64,000 bases of DNA from Polyangiales bacterium (GCA_038231275.1 JBBRLQ010000004.1:320001-384000), one strand, 5' to 3'; shown: positions 38,805 through 49,935, counted from the first letter of the stretch. Notes: generated from the letters alone by a model not told the origin. Numbers and translations are program-made.

Positions 38805-39524
38805 GTGCTCGTCCTGCCTGCGATCGATCTGCTCGGCGGAAAAGCCGTGCGCCTCCACCAGGGCGACTACGGCGCGGTCACGGTCTACGACGATGATCCG
38901 CCCGCCCGCGCGCGCGGGTGGCGGGGGAAGGTGCCGCGCCTCCACGTGGTGGACCTCGAAGGAGCCAAGGCGGGACGCGCCGTTCAGGCGGACGCCGTCC
39001 GCGCGATCGTGGCTGCGTTCGGACCCGGCGTGCAGATCGGCGGCGGCGTGCGGACGCGCGAGGCCTTCGAGAGCTACCTGGCGCTGGGCGTCGACAGGAT
39101 CGTGCTGGGGAGCGCCGCGCTCGAGGACCCTGCCCTCGTGCGCGCGCTGGCCCGTGAGCACCCGGGCCGCGTGATCCTGGCGGTGGACGCCAAGGACGGA
39201 ATGGTGGCTACAGACGGCTGGACCGCCGTGAGCGCCACCACCGCGAGCGATCTCGCGTGCGCGTTCGCGGACGTGCCGCTCGCGGAGCTCCTCTACACCG
39301 ACGTCGCGCGGGACGGGACGCTGGTGGGCCCCAACGTCGAGATGACCGCACGCCTCGCGCGCGAGGGGACGGTTCCGGTGCTCGCGTCGGGCGGGGTCGG
39401 GACGCTCGCGCACCTCCGGGCCCTCGCCGCGCACGCAGGGATCTCCGGCGCCATCGTCGGGCGCGCGATCTACGAAGGCAGCATCACCCTCGAAGACGCC
39501 GTCGCCGCCGCCGTCACTCCTTGA
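38805..39524 (+). CDS. hisA: ProFAR isomerase
   Basis: PAIDL.GGKAVRL.QG, HVVDLEGA, GGGVR, YTDVARDGTL.GPN, ASGGV, GAIVGRAIY. Confidence 0.95.
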   Translation: MLVLPAIDLLGGKAVRLHQGDYGAVTVYDDDPPARARGWRGKVPRLHVVDLEGAKAGRAVQADAVRAIVAAFGPGVQIGGGVRTREAFESYLALGVDRIVLGSAALEDPALVRALAREHPGRVILAVDAKDGMVATDGWTAVSATTASDLACAFADVPLAELLYTDVARDGTLVGPNVEMTARLAREGTVPVLASGGVGTLAHLRALAAHAGISGAIVGRAIYEGSITLEDAVAAAVTP

Positions 39525-40149
39525 CGGGTTCTTTCGTGTCCTTGACGAGGGACAGCTTGGCGACGAGCTCTGTGGCGGCGTCTTTTCCGAGGACCTCTTT
39601 TGCGACGATGTCCTTCGCGACGACCTCTTTGACGATGTCCTTCGCCACGTCCTTCACCGGCCAGCGGAACGCTTCGGCCGCCGGAGCGATGAGCTCCCAC
39701 TCCGCGTGGGCCTTCATCGCGTCTTGCACGTTCATGCCCTTCGCGATCGCCCCGTTCACCTTCTCCTTCGCGGCGGCGGTGAGGCGCTTAGGCTGCGGCT
39801 CCCCTTCGACGCGGCGAATGACCTCCTTGGAGAGCCACCCGCAAAATTCCTTCAGGATCGCGTCGTCCTTCGCCGCGACGTACCAGTCGTACTGCGGGCG
39901 CGCGCGGAAGTTCTCGAGGTTGAATTTGCGGTTCGCCTCGTCCTGGCGGTCGTGGACGAAGACGAGGAGGCCCGCCGGCTTCTTCTTCGCGAACCAGCCG
40001 GTCGTGATCGAGCCGGCGTCGTCCTCGTCGGTGTCCCCCTCGTCGCTGAAGATCGCGCGGAGGATGCGGTACGGCGCGCGCAGCCGGCCTTTGGCGGTGA
40101 GGCCCACGGCGGTGCTGCTGCGATCGATGCGCCACTCGGAGACGGCCAT
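39514..40149 (-). CDS. Hypothetical protein
   Basis: ATG 2 nt after the gpx stop; GC3-biased codons; V-A-K-D/E repeats near the C-terminus. Confidence 0.6.
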   Translation of the reverse strand: MAVSEWRIDRSSTAVGLTAKGRLRAPYRILRAIFSDEGDTDEDDAGSITTGWFAKKKPAGLLVFVHDRQDEANRKFNLENFRARPQYDWYVAAKDDAILKEFCGWLSKEVIRRVEGEPQPKRLTAAAKEKVNGAIAKGMNVQDAMKAHAEWELIAPAAEAFRWPVKDVAKDIVKEVVAKDIVAKEVLGKDAATELVAKLSLVKDTKEPVKE

Positions 40150-40151
40150 GA

Positions 40152-40646
40152 CTAACCCGCGAGCGCCTTCTCGACGGCGGCCTTCACCTCGGCGCTCGTC
40201 GGCTCGATCTTGTGCTCGAAGCGGGCGACGACCTGGCCATCCTTGCCCACCAGGAACTTCCCGAAGTTCCACTTGATGGCACCGCCGAACTTTGGATTCG
40301 TGTCGGTGCTCTGGAGAAAATCGAAGAGCGGCTCCATCCCCTCCCCCTTCACGCGCACCTTGGCGAACATGTCGAAGGTGACGCCGTAGTTCTTGGTGCA
40401 GAAGGCCTTGATGTCCGCCTCGGTGCCCGGCTCTTGTGCGCCGAAGTCGTTGGCCGGAAATCCGAGCACGCGGAGGCCCTTGCCCTTGTACGCCTCGGAC
40501 AGCGCCTCGAGCCCCGCATACTGCGGCGTGTATCCGCACTCCGACGCGACGTTCACGACGAGCATCACCTGGCCCTTGTAGTCGGCCAGGCTCTTCGATT
40601 GACCGTCGATGGTGCGAACGGTGAAGTCGTGGAGGGTCTTACCCAT
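40152..40646 (-). CDS. Glutathione peroxidase (Cys type)
   Basis: VNVASECGYTPQY, GFPANDFGAQEPG, KWNF.KFL. Confidence 0.95.
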   Translation of the reverse strand: MGKTLHDFTVRTIDGQSKSLADYKGQVMLVVNVASECGYTPQYAGLEALSEAYKGKGLRVLGFPANDFGAQEPGTEADIKAFCTKNYGVTFDMFAKVRVKGEGMEPLFDFLQSTDTNPKFGGAIKWNFGKFLVGKDGQVVARFEHKIEPTSAEVKAAVEKALAG

Positions 40647-40662
40647 ATCCCGCTGGCGTATC

Positions 40663-41688
40663 CTAAACGCCGACCGGGTGCCAGACGGTCTTCGTTTCGA
40701 GGAAGCGCTCGATCCAGCCGAGACCCTGACCCGAGCGCTCGTCGAGCCAACCGGCGGTCTTGAGAGGAGCGTGGGTCTTGACGCGCTTGACGTTGTCGGC
40801 GCCCTCCTTCTCGAGCGTCGCGCGCAGGTCGGCGTCGTCGGTCCACGCGTCGACGGCGATGACCTCGCGGTGCTTGGCGAGCGCCGGGGCGAGCTCCTTC
40901 GCGTGACCGAGGAGGACGTTGGCGACGCCGCCCGGCAGATCGCTGGTCGCCAAGCACTCGCAGAAGACGACGGCGGTGCGCGGATCGGCGTCGCTGGCGA
41001 CCACGACCGCGGTGTTGGCGCCGGTGAGGACCGGCAAGAGCGTCGAGACCAGGCCGAGCAACGCGGGCCGCTCGGGCGCGAGGACCGCGACGACGCCCAT
41101 CGGCTCGGGGATGGAGAAGCCGAAGTGCGGCCCGGCGACCGGGTTATGCGACGCGACGAGCGCGTGCACCTTGTCGCAGAATCCGGCGTAGTAGACGACG
41201 CGATCGATCGCGCGAAGGACCTCCTCGGTGGCGGCCGCGTCGCTCTCGCCGCTCCGCACGAGCGAGAGGCGGAGCTCCTCTTTGCGTGACTCCATCACCT
41301 CGGCGAGCCGGTAGAGGATCTGCCCGCGATTGAACGCCGTTCGCGACGCCCAACCGGCGTGCGCGTTCTTCGCGGCGAGCACCGCGTCGCGCGCGTCTTT
41401 GCGCGAGCCGCGCGGGACGTTGACCGTGTCGGGATCGACGCCGACGCCACCTTCGCCGCCCTTCACCTGGAAGTACCTCCCCGATTCGCTGCGCACGAAC
41501 GCGCCGCCGACGTACATCTTGTACGCCTTGTTGACGGTGACGCGCCCTTGCTCGGCGCCGCGCCCGAGGACACGCGCGAGCGCGCCGTTGTCGGAGTAGG
41601 TGTCGCTGACGAGATCCTCGTGCGCGCGCGTCTCGACGGTCTGCGTTGCCGCAGGCGCCGGCGGCGGAGCGTGCTTCTTCGATGCCAT
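40663..41688 (-). CDS. Truncated aldehyde dehydrogenase-like protein (Rossmann part, no catalytic domain)
   Basis: KMYVGGAFVRSESGRY, NRGQILYR.AE, EPMGVV, DLPGGVAN, KTVWHP; lacks ELGGK and the catalytic Cys. Confidence 0.8.
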   Translation of the reverse strand: MASKKHAPPPAPAATQTVETRAHEDLVSDTYSDNGALARVLGRGAEQGRVTVNKAYKMYVGGAFVRSESGRYFQVKGGEGGVGVDPDTVNVPRGSRKDARDAVLAAKNAHAGWASRTAFNRGQILYRLAEVMESRKEELRLSLVRSGESDAAATEEVLRAIDRVVYYAGFCDKVHALVASHNPVAGPHFGFSIPEPMGVVAVLAPERPALLGLVSTLLPVLTGANTAVVVASDADPRTAVVFCECLATSDLPGGVANVLLGHAKELAPALAKHREVIAVDAWTDDADLRATLEKEGADNVKRVKTHAPLKTAGWLDERSGQGLGWIERFLETKTVWHPVGV

Positions 41689-41691
41689 GGC

Positions 41692-43209
41692 TTACTCCAG
41701 CTCCACGTATGCGGAGAGGCCCTGGCGGCCGCCCTCGCGACCGAAGCCGCTCTCCTTGTACCCGCCGAACGGCGAGCTCGGATCGAACTTGTTGTACGTG
41801 TTGCCCCAGACGACGCCGGCTTGAAGGCGCGTCGCCATCCAGAAGATCTTGGCGCCTTTGTCGGTCCAGATGCCGGCGGAGAGGCCGTACATCGTGTTGT
41901 TCGCCTTCTCGATCGCCTCGTCGGGCGTGCGGAACGTGAGCACCGTGAGGACCGGGCCGAAGATCTCCTCGCGCGCGATGCGTGACGACTGGCTGACGCC
42001 GGTGAAGAACGTGGGCGGGAACCAGTAGCCCTTCTGCGGGATCGCGCAGGGCGCGCTGTAGCGCTGCGCGCCCTCGTGCTCGCCCGCTTCGACGAGCTGC
42101 TTGATTTTGTCGAGCTGCATCTTCGAGTTGATGGCGCCGACGTCGGTGTTCTTGTCGAGCGGGTCGCCGAGGCGGAGGGTCTGGAGGCGGTCGCGGAGCT
42201 TCTTCACGACGATGTCGTGAACGCTCTCTTCGACGAGGAGGCGCGAGCCCGCGCAGCAGACGTGTCCTTGGTTGAAGTAGATGCCGTTGACGATCCCCTC
42301 GATCGCCTGATCGAGCGGCGCGTCGGCGAAGACGATGTTCGCGGCCTTTCCGCCGAGCTCCAACGTGAGGCGCTTGTTCGATCCGGCGAGCGCGCGTTGG
42401 ATGCGTTTGCCGACGCCGGTGCTGCCCGTGAAGGCGACCTTGTTCACGTCCGGGTGGCCCGCGACGGCGGCGCCGGTCTCGCCCGCGCCGGTGACGATGT
42501 TGACGACGCCGGCCGGCAGCTCCGCTTCTTCGAAGATCTGCGCGAGGAGGAGCGCAGTGAGCGGCGTCGTCTCCGCGGGCTTCAGCACCACCGTGTTGCC
42601 GCAGGCGAGCGCCGGCGCGATCTTCCACGCCGCCATGAGCAGCGGGAAGTTCCAAGGGATGATCTGACCTGCGACGCCGAGCGCGCGATGGCGGCGCCCG
42701 TGGAACGCGTAGTCGAGCTTGTCGGCCCAGCCAGCGTGGTAGAAAAAGTGCGCAGCCGCGAGCGGCACGTCGACGTCGCGTGATTCCTTGATCGGCTTTC
42801 CGCCGTCCATCGACTCGACGATCGCGAGCTCGCGCGCCTTCTCCTGAATCGCGCGCGAAATGCGGAAGATGTACTTCGCCCGCTCGGCGGGCTTCATCTT
42901 GCTCCAGACCTTGTCGTAGGCCTGGCGTGCGGCCCTGACGGCCAAGTCAACGTCGGCGGCGTTGCCCTCGGCGACCTCGGAGAGCACTTGCTCGGTCGAC
43001 GGGCTGATCGTCTGGAAGTACTTGCCACTCTTCGGCGCGCGCCATTTGCCACCGATGAAGAGCTCGTAGCGCGGCTGAATCTTGACGTGATCGGTGGCCT
43101 CGGGCGCCGGCGCGTAGTCCCACGCGTGACCGAAATCGAGCGCAGGCGAGGTGTCCTTCGCGGCCGCGCTCGTCATCGACTTGGCAGGCTTGATGATCTC
43201 GTTGCTCAT
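41692..43209 (-). CDS. Aldehyde dehydrogenase (probably acetaldehyde)
   Basis: IIPWNFP, KPAE, FTGST, ELGGK, NQGHVCCAGSR, EEIFGPV, GGYKESG. Confidence 0.92.
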   Translation of the reverse strand: MSNEIIKPAKSMTSAAAKDTSPALDFGHAWDYAPAPEATDHVKIQPRYELFIGGKWRAPKSGKYFQTISPSTEQVLSEVAEGNAADVDLAVRAARQAYDKVWSKMKPAERAKYIFRISRAIQEKARELAIVESMDGGKPIKESRDVDVPLAAAHFFYHAGWADKLDYAFHGRRHRALGVAGQIIPWNFPLLMAAWKIAPALACGNTVVLKPAETTPLTALLLAQIFEEAELPAGVVNIVTGAGETGAAVAGHPDVNKVAFTGSTGVGKRIQRALAGSNKRLTLELGGKAANIVFADAPLDQAIEGIVNGIYFNQGHVCCAGSRLLVEESVHDIVVKKLRDRLQTLRLGDPLDKNTDVGAINSKMQLDKIKQLVEAGEHEGAQRYSAPCAIPQKGYWFPPTFFTGVSQSSRIAREEIFGPVLTVLTFRTPDEAIEKANNTMYGLSAGIWTDKGAKIFWMATRLQAGVVWGNTYNKFDPSSPFGGYKESGFGREGGRQGLSAYVELE

Positions 43210-43227
43210 TCTTGTTCCGCTGCTCCG

Positions 43228-44199
43228 TCAGTCCTTCGAGAAGTCTTCGCCCGCCTGGTAGTTCCCCGTGCGCTCTTTCTCGAGCTGCATCAGGACGTCG
43301 TTCAAGAGCGCGCTCGCGCCGAAGCGGAAGAGATCCGGCGTGAGCCACGCGTCGCCGAGCGTCTCTTTGACGAGGACCAGGTAGTGGAGCGCCTGCTTCG
43401 CCGTGCGGACGCCGCCCGCGGGCTTCATGCCGATCTTGCGGCCGGTCGCGTAGAAGTGATCGCGGATCGCCTCGAGCATCACGAGGGTGACGGGAGGCGT
43501 CGCGGCGGGCTGAATTTTCCCGGTCGACGTCTTGATGAAGTCGCCGCCGGCCGCGATCGCGATCTCGCTCGCGCGCCGCACGACGTCGTAGCTCCCGAGC
43601 TCGCCGGTCTCGAGGATGACCTTCAGGTGCGCGGCGCCCGACGCCTCCTTCGTGGCGGCGATCTCGTCGTATACCTTCGCGTAGTCGCCAGCGAGCATCG
43701 CGCCGCGATCGATGACCATGTCGATCTCGTCGGCGCCGAGGTCCACGGCGCGGCGCGTGTCCTCGAGCTTTACGGACAGCGGCGACTGGCCACTGGGGAA
43801 TGCCGTGGCGACGCTCGCGACCTTCACGCCCGAGCCGGCGAGGGCTTGCTTCGCGGTGGGCACCAGGTTCGGGTAGACGCAGATCGCGGCGCAAGGGCCG
43901 ATGCTCGGATCCTTGTCGAGCGGCAGCATCGCCTTGTTGCAGAGGGCGCGCACCTTGCCGGCGGTGTCTTTGCCCTCGAGCGTCGTCAGATCCATCATGC
44001 GGATCGCGAGCCGGAGGCCGGCGACCTTGGTCGCCTTCTTGATGCTGCGCTTCGCCAGGGAAGCCGCCCGCTCCTCCACCGCGACCTGGTCGACGGGCGG
44101 AGGGGGCGAAGTGAAGAGAGGATAAACCGGCGCGCGAGGGCCCCCGTTTCCGGAGGAGCGCGCGCCGTGGCCGTTGCCATTGCCGAGGATGGAGCTCAC
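43228..44199 (-). CDS. deoC: Deoxyribose-phosphate aldolase (long type)
   Basis: DLTTLEG, AICVYP, SVATAFPSGQ, GADEIDMVI, LKVILETGEL, FIKTSTGK, KPAGGVR, FRFGAS. Confidence 0.95.
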   Translation of the reverse strand: MSSILGNGNGHGARSSGNGGPRAPVYPLFTSPPPPVDQVAVEERAASLAKRSIKKATKVAGLRLAIRMMDLTTLEGKDTAGKVRALCNKAMLPLDKDPSIGPCAAICVYPNLVPTAKQALAGSGVKVASVATAFPSGQSPLSVKLEDTRRAVDLGADEIDMVIDRGAMLAGDYAKVYDEIAATKEASGAAHLKVILETGELGSYDVVRRASEIAIAAGGDFIKTSTGKIQPAATPPVTLVMLEAIRDHFYATGRKIGMKPAGGVRTAKQALHYLVLVKETLGDAWLTPDLFRFGASALLNDVLMQLEKERTGNYQAGEDFSKD

Positions 44200-44283
44200 G
44201 CGGGTGAGCCTACCTCAAACGAAGCCAGAAGAGAGCTGCAAAGAACCGCGAAACGCCTGGAAAGACCGCGAAAACGCGCGATC

Positions 44284-44520
44284 TCAGGGCGTCTTCGGCG
44301 GCGCGGCGTCCATCTTCGCGCGCTTGCGACGGCGACGAGCGGCCTCTGCCTGCTTCTTGCGGCGCTTCACGCTCGGCTTCATGTAGTGGCGACGCATCTT
44401 CAGCTCGCGGAGCACGCCTTCGGAGGCGAGCTTACGCTTGAGCATCTTGATGGCGCGCTCGATTCCCCGGTCGCTGACGACGACCTCGAGGGGCTTGCAC
44501 TGAATCGCATCACTCGGCAT
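44284..44520 (-). CDS. rpsU: 30S ribosomal protein S21
   Basis: IERAIKMLKRK...EGVLRELKMRRHYMKPSVKRRKK. Confidence 0.9.
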   Translation of the reverse strand: MPSDAIQCKPLEVVVSDRGIERAIKMLKRKLASEGVLRELKMRRHYMKPSVKRRKKQAEAARRRRKRAKMDAAPPKTP

Positions 44521-44661
44521 GGCTTCTCTCTGGTAAGGGAACTTCGCGGTCCCAGCGGGATCGGCGAACGCGGGCTCTTAGCACCGCGCTTTTCGGGTGT
44601 CCAACCGAAACGTAGCAGAATGGCGCGGGAAAACGGCAGCCTTTCCGCAGGTTCCGCGGGC

Positions 44662-45102
44662 TCAGCCCTTTGCGCGCTTCGAGTCGCGGGCGAAGTAGGT
44701 GGTCGCGCGCTTCTGGCCTTCCTTGACGATGCGCTTCTTGGAGAGGGCCTCGGCGATCGGGCGCGGAAGCTCCTTGGCCTGGAGCTTGAGCTTGCCGCGG
44801 ATCTCTTCGGCGCGGAGGCCGGTCTGGTGCTTCTCGAGGAGGCTGACGATCTTGTCGACGACGCCCGCGATGTCGTCCGTCGAGCGACGCGCGAGGCGCC
44901 CGCCCTTCTTGCCTCCCGCGGCGCGCGGGGCAGCGACGGCAGCGCCGGCCGCACGACCCCGGCCCCTGCTCGAACTGCCCCCGCCGGTCTCGTGGAGAAT
45001 CTCTTCGAGCGAATGCCCGCGGATGGCGCGGAGGATGCTCGTCGCAAATTCGGTCGCGAGGTCGTTCAGGGTGGAGCGGAGAGTGGACGTCATGGGGGAC
45101 AT
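44662..45102 (-). CDS. Small basic DNA-binding protein with C-terminal winged helix (nucleoid-associated candidate)
   Basis: N-terminal helix, Gly/Arg/Ala linker (RGRGR), GLRAEEIR..L...IVKEGQKRATTYF. Confidence 0.65.
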   Translation of the reverse strand: MSPMTSTLRSTLNDLATEFATSILRAIRGHSLEEILHETGGGSSSRGRGRAAGAAVAAPRAAGGKKGGRLARRSTDDIAGVVDKIVSLLEKHQTGLRAEEIRGKLKLQAKELPRPIAEALSKKRIVKEGQKRATTYFARDSKRAKG

Positions 45103-45431
45103 CTGTGTCAGCCAATCATCTAGGCGTCAATCCAATAGTTGGGAATCGCCCGAGTCCCATTTGGTGAATGCAGAATTCGCACTAACGGCGACGGCGGAGT
45201 CAAGCGATGCTGAATTTGGCCGATTTTTCAAAAAATTGGTCACCGCTGGGGGAGAACGGTCAACGGACTTTCGTATCCGCTAATCCGGAAGCGGAGAGGG
45301 GGGGCCGAAGCATCCTTTTTTTCTACCTCATGAGACGACGCAGCCCCATCGCGAAACGCAGTTCCCCTTCTTCTCCATCCGCGGCGTGAAATACGCTGCC
45401 TCCTCTGAACCCCTATCAAGGAGATACGACC

Positions 45432-46076
45432 ATGGCAGCTTCGACGCGCATCGCCGTCATCGGCGCAGGCCACGTGGGCGGAAACCTGGGCACGCGCCTC
45501 TCGCAGTCAGGCTTCGCGGTCCGCTTCGGCGTTCGCGAGGGCACAGACACGAAGGCGTTGCTCGCGGCGTGCAAAGACGCGACCTCGGCGACGCCCGCTG
45601 AAGCGGCGGCGTGGGGCGACGTCGTCTTCTTGGCGGTCCCGGGCAATGTGGCGCTCGACGTCGCGCGCTCCCTCGCGGCGATGCTCGCCGGAAAGATCGT
45701 CGTCGACTGCAACAACCCCCTCACGTGGAAGGACGGCCCCGTTTGGGCGCCGCCGCCCGAGGGCTCGCTCGCCGCGGCGATCGCGAAGGCAGCACCTGGC
45801 GCGCGCGTCCTCAAGGGCTTCAACACGTTCGGCGCGGAGTTCCACGGGGATCCATGCCGCGCGGGCGTCCCCGCAAACGTGTTCCTCGCGGGCGACGACG
45901 CAGACGCGAAGAAGGTCGTCATCGACGTCGCGAACGCGAGCGGGTTCGCCGCCGTCGACGCCGGACCGCTGCGCAACGCCAGCGTCCTCGAGAACGTCGC
46001 GATGCTATGGATCCACCTCGCGATGGTCGGCGGCCAGGGACGCGACTTCGTCCTCACCATGACGAGGGCGAAATGA
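45432..46076 (+). CDS. NADPH-dependent F420 reductase family oxidoreductase
   Basis: IGAGHVG, VVFLAVP, DCNNP, KGFNT, AGDD..AK, DAGPL; AAGGAG RBS. Confidence 0.88.
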   Translation: MAASTRIAVIGAGHVGGNLGTRLSQSGFAVRFGVREGTDTKALLAACKDATSATPAEAAAWGDVVFLAVPGNVALDVARSLAAMLAGKIVVDCNNPLTWKDGPVWAPPPEGSLAAAIAKAAPGARVLKGFNTFGAEFHGDPCRAGVPANVFLAGDDADAKKVVIDVANASGFAAVDAGPLRNASVLENVAMLWIHLAMVGGQGRDFVLTMTRAK

Positions 46077-46332
46077 AGCTCGCCGGCGCGAAGCTCGTGG
46101 TCTTCGGCGTCGGCCTCGCGTCGGCCAAGCTCCTCGCGACCGAGGGCGCGGAGCTCGTCGTGACCGATCACGGCGGCTTCCTCCTCGATCTCTCACTCGC
46201 GAAGTTCCGCGCGACGGTCGACGGAAAATGCTGGGTGCAGGTCACCCTCGCGCATTGTTCCTCGTCACGACGGGCTACGTGACGGGGACCGTCTTCGCGG
46301 TCGACGGGCTGCCGCACGCGACGGCGATCTAA
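46073..46332 (+). pseudogene. Internally deleted, frameshifted SDR remnant
   Basis: MKLAGAKLVVFG-VGLASAKLLATEGA (Gly loop collapsed), then the SDR C-terminal GYVTGTVFAVDG in another frame, all within 260 bp. Confidence 0.6.
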
Positions 46333-46369
46333 CGACGATCCGCGACCCCTCGCCGCGCGTAGTCCAGAG

Positions 46370-47089
46370 ATGAAGGCGCTCGTCTTCGCCGTGCTCGCGC
46401 TGGTGGGCTGCGCTCAGGCGCAATCGCCCGCCGTGATTCCTGACGGCGGGGTGGCTGCTACGCCGACTCGCGACGCGGGCGCCGAAGGGGCCTCGCAGCG
46501 GTACCTCGCGCTCGGCGACTCGTTTACGATCGGGACCGGCACGACGCCCGATCGATCGATGCCCGCGCGTCTCACGTCGCGATGGCAGGCCGCGGGGTGC
46601 GCCGTGGTCCTCAAGAACCTCGGCGTGAACGGGTACACGACCGACGACCTCATCGCCGACGAGCTTCCCCGGGTGAAGGCCTTCGCGCCCACGCGCGTCA
46701 CCCTCGCGATCGGCGCCAACGACATCGTGCAGGGAAGCACGCCCGACGAGTACCGCGCGCGCGTGAAGAGCATCCTCGCCGCGCTCGTGAACGATGGCGT
46801 CACCCCTTCGCGCATCTTCGTCTTGCCGCAACCCGAATGGTCACGATCGCCCGCGGCGCACGGCATCGGCTCCGAGGCCGATCTCACTGCGCAGATCACG
46901 CTCTACAACCAAATCCTGCGCGACGAGGCGACCGCCGGAGGCGCGCGCTGGGTCGATCTCACCGCGCGCATGCATCAGCAAGCCGACGCGAAGATGCTCG
47001 CGTCGGACGTTCTCCACCCAAACGCCGACGCGTACGACGAGTGGGCCTCCGACCTCGCCGCGCTGGGCACGCCCTGCGACGATTCGTGA
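46370..47089 (+). CDS. SGNH/GDSL hydrolase lipoprotein
   Basis: LVG-C lipobox; LGDSF, G, GAND, DVLHP. Confidence 0.9.
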   Translation: MKALVFAVLALVGCAQAQSPAVIPDGGVAATPTRDAGAEGASQRYLALGDSFTIGTGTTPDRSMPARLTSRWQAAGCAVVLKNLGVNGYTTDDLIADELPRVKAFAPTRVTLAIGANDIVQGSTPDEYRARVKSILAALVNDGVTPSRIFVLPQPEWSRSPAAHGIGSEADLTAQITLYNQILRDEATAGGARWVDLTARMHQQADAKMLASDVLHPNADAYDEWASDLAALGTPCDDS

Positions 47090-47128
47090 GCCCGAGCGCG
47101 AGCGCCTTGGCGGCGCTGCGTCACTCTC

Positions 47129-47215
47129 TGGTACCGAAGATCGGACTTGAACCGATACGAGGGGTTACCTCGGCGGATTTTGAATCCGCTGCGTCTACCA
47201 TTCCGCCACTTCGGC
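47129..47215 (-). tRNA. tRNA-Leu (CAA), CCA encoded
   Basis: GCCGAAGTGGCGGAATGGTAGACGCA-GCGGA TT CAA AA TCCGC-long variable arm-GGTTCAAGTCC...TTCGGTACCA. Confidence 0.95.
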
Positions 47216-47259
47216 TCGCCCCGCGCGCGGGACGCGAACACTCCTATCACACGCAGGAA

Positions 47260-47288
47260 CGTTTCGCTCCGCTGCGCTTCGCTCCACT
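47260..47288 (-). repeat. 29-bp interspersed repeat, copy 1
   Basis: AGTGGAGCGAAGCGCAGCGGAGCGAAACG on the minus strand, 2 nt after the kinase stop. Confidence 0.8.
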
Positions 47289-47290
47289 CC

Positions 47291-48691
<1,401 letters not shown>

Positions 48692-48821
48692 GTCACGCCG
48701 ACCTTAGAGCAACCGTCCTTTGGAGGGAACGATTGCTCTACCTTCTTGTGCTCGACACTCTTGGCGAACGGCCTCCACGTGGACGACGCGTCGTCGCCCG
48801 GATCGGGGTAGCCTCGCCGTC

Positions 48822-49670
48822 ATGCGGAACGTTTCGATCGGCGCCGTCGTCCTCCTTTGCGCGGTGGCGCTCGGCGGATGCAAAGACAAGGGCAAAGAGA
48901 GCGCGCAGAAGGCGCAGGAGAACGTGTCTGCCCTCGTGACGCTCGCGCAGAAGGACGTCGAGGAGATCCAGCGCGGATTGCCGGAGGGGGCCAAGCGTAT
49001 GGCGAGCCTGGTGGAGAAGCGCGAGCCGCTCGAGCCGCCGGTCGTCCGCCTGCGCCTCCAGAAGACGCGTCGCGACGTGCCCGATCTCAACATCGCCAAA
49101 TCGACGTTCTTCGCGCTCGCTGACGAAAAGGGCGTCGCAGTGCGAAACGATCTCGAGGTCGACACGATGGCGGGGCAGAACCTCGCGCAGATCTTCCCCG
49201 ACCTCACGAAGGCGCTCGGCGGCGCGTACGTCGAAACGAACGGGGCGTTCCCGGGACCCGCAGGTCCGCAGGGGCCGGATCGCGATTGGATCGCGGCGGC
49301 GCCGATCGTGAGGCCCGACGGGACGGTCGGCGGCGTCTTCTTGACCGGCTGGACGTATCGCAAATTCGCATATCACCTCCAGGAGCAGCTCAAACACGAC
49401 ATGGGCGAGGCGCTCCTCAAGTCGAAGGACACCGGCAAGCTCCCCGTCCTCTACGTCGCGCTCTTCGACAAGTCCGGCGTCTACGCCGCGAGCCAGACTC
49501 CTCAGGTGAACGAGAAGGCGCTCGACGGCGAGAAGCTCTTCGACAAGACGGCGAACGGCCCGGTGCAGGCGGTCATCTCGATCACCGAGCGCGAGTTCGG
49601 GTACGCGGCGGGGCGGGTGACCAAGCTCGGCGCCGAGGTCGGCGTCGTCGTGCTCCGAAGCGAGATCTAG
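48822..49670 (+). CDS. Hypothetical lipoprotein (Cache-like sensor fold possible)
   Basis: ALGG-C lipobox; WIAAAPI..GTVGG. Confidence 0.65.
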   Translation: MRNVSIGAVVLLCAVALGGCKDKGKESAQKAQENVSALVTLAQKDVEEIQRGLPEGAKRMASLVEKREPLEPPVVRLRLQKTRRDVPDLNIAKSTFFALADEKGVAVRNDLEVDTMAGQNLAQIFPDLTKALGGAYVETNGAFPGPAGPQGPDRDWIAAAPIVRPDGTVGGVFLTGWTYRKFAYHLQEQLKHDMGEALLKSKDTGKLPVLYVALFDKSGVYAASQTPQVNEKALDGEKLFDKTANGPVQAVISITEREFGYAAGRVTKLGAEVGVVVLRSEI

Positions 49671-49677
49671 GGATCGA

Positions 49678-49887
49678 CTAGCGCTCGACCCCTACGTCCT
49701 CGGACGCCCGACCGAACGTGTGGAGGCCGTACACGAGCAGGATCCAGCCTCCGAGGACGACCCAGCTCCCGAGCGCGTTGCTCGACGTGCCGACGATCGC
49801 GAGGCCCACGGTCTGCACGATCGCGCCGGCGACGAGGAGCTTGCGACCACGCGCAGCGCGCGACTCGGCGGTTTCTTTCGGGGGCAT
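49678..49887 (-). CDS. Small two-TM membrane protein
   Basis: 69 aa with two hydrophobic helices; fills the gap between neighbours. Confidence 0.55.
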   Translation of the reverse strand: MPPKETAESRAARGRKLLVAGAIVQTVGLAIVGTSSNALGSWVVLGGWILLVYGLHTFGRASEDVGVER

Positions 49888-49935
49888 GAAAATGCAGCCT
49901 AGCGGGCAAGCTCGACTGTCGCTAGAACGGAAGGG

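Noticed and set aside
40152-40646. Selenocysteine glutathione peroxidase
   Set aside because: The active-site codon is TGC (Cys) and there is no in-frame TGA.
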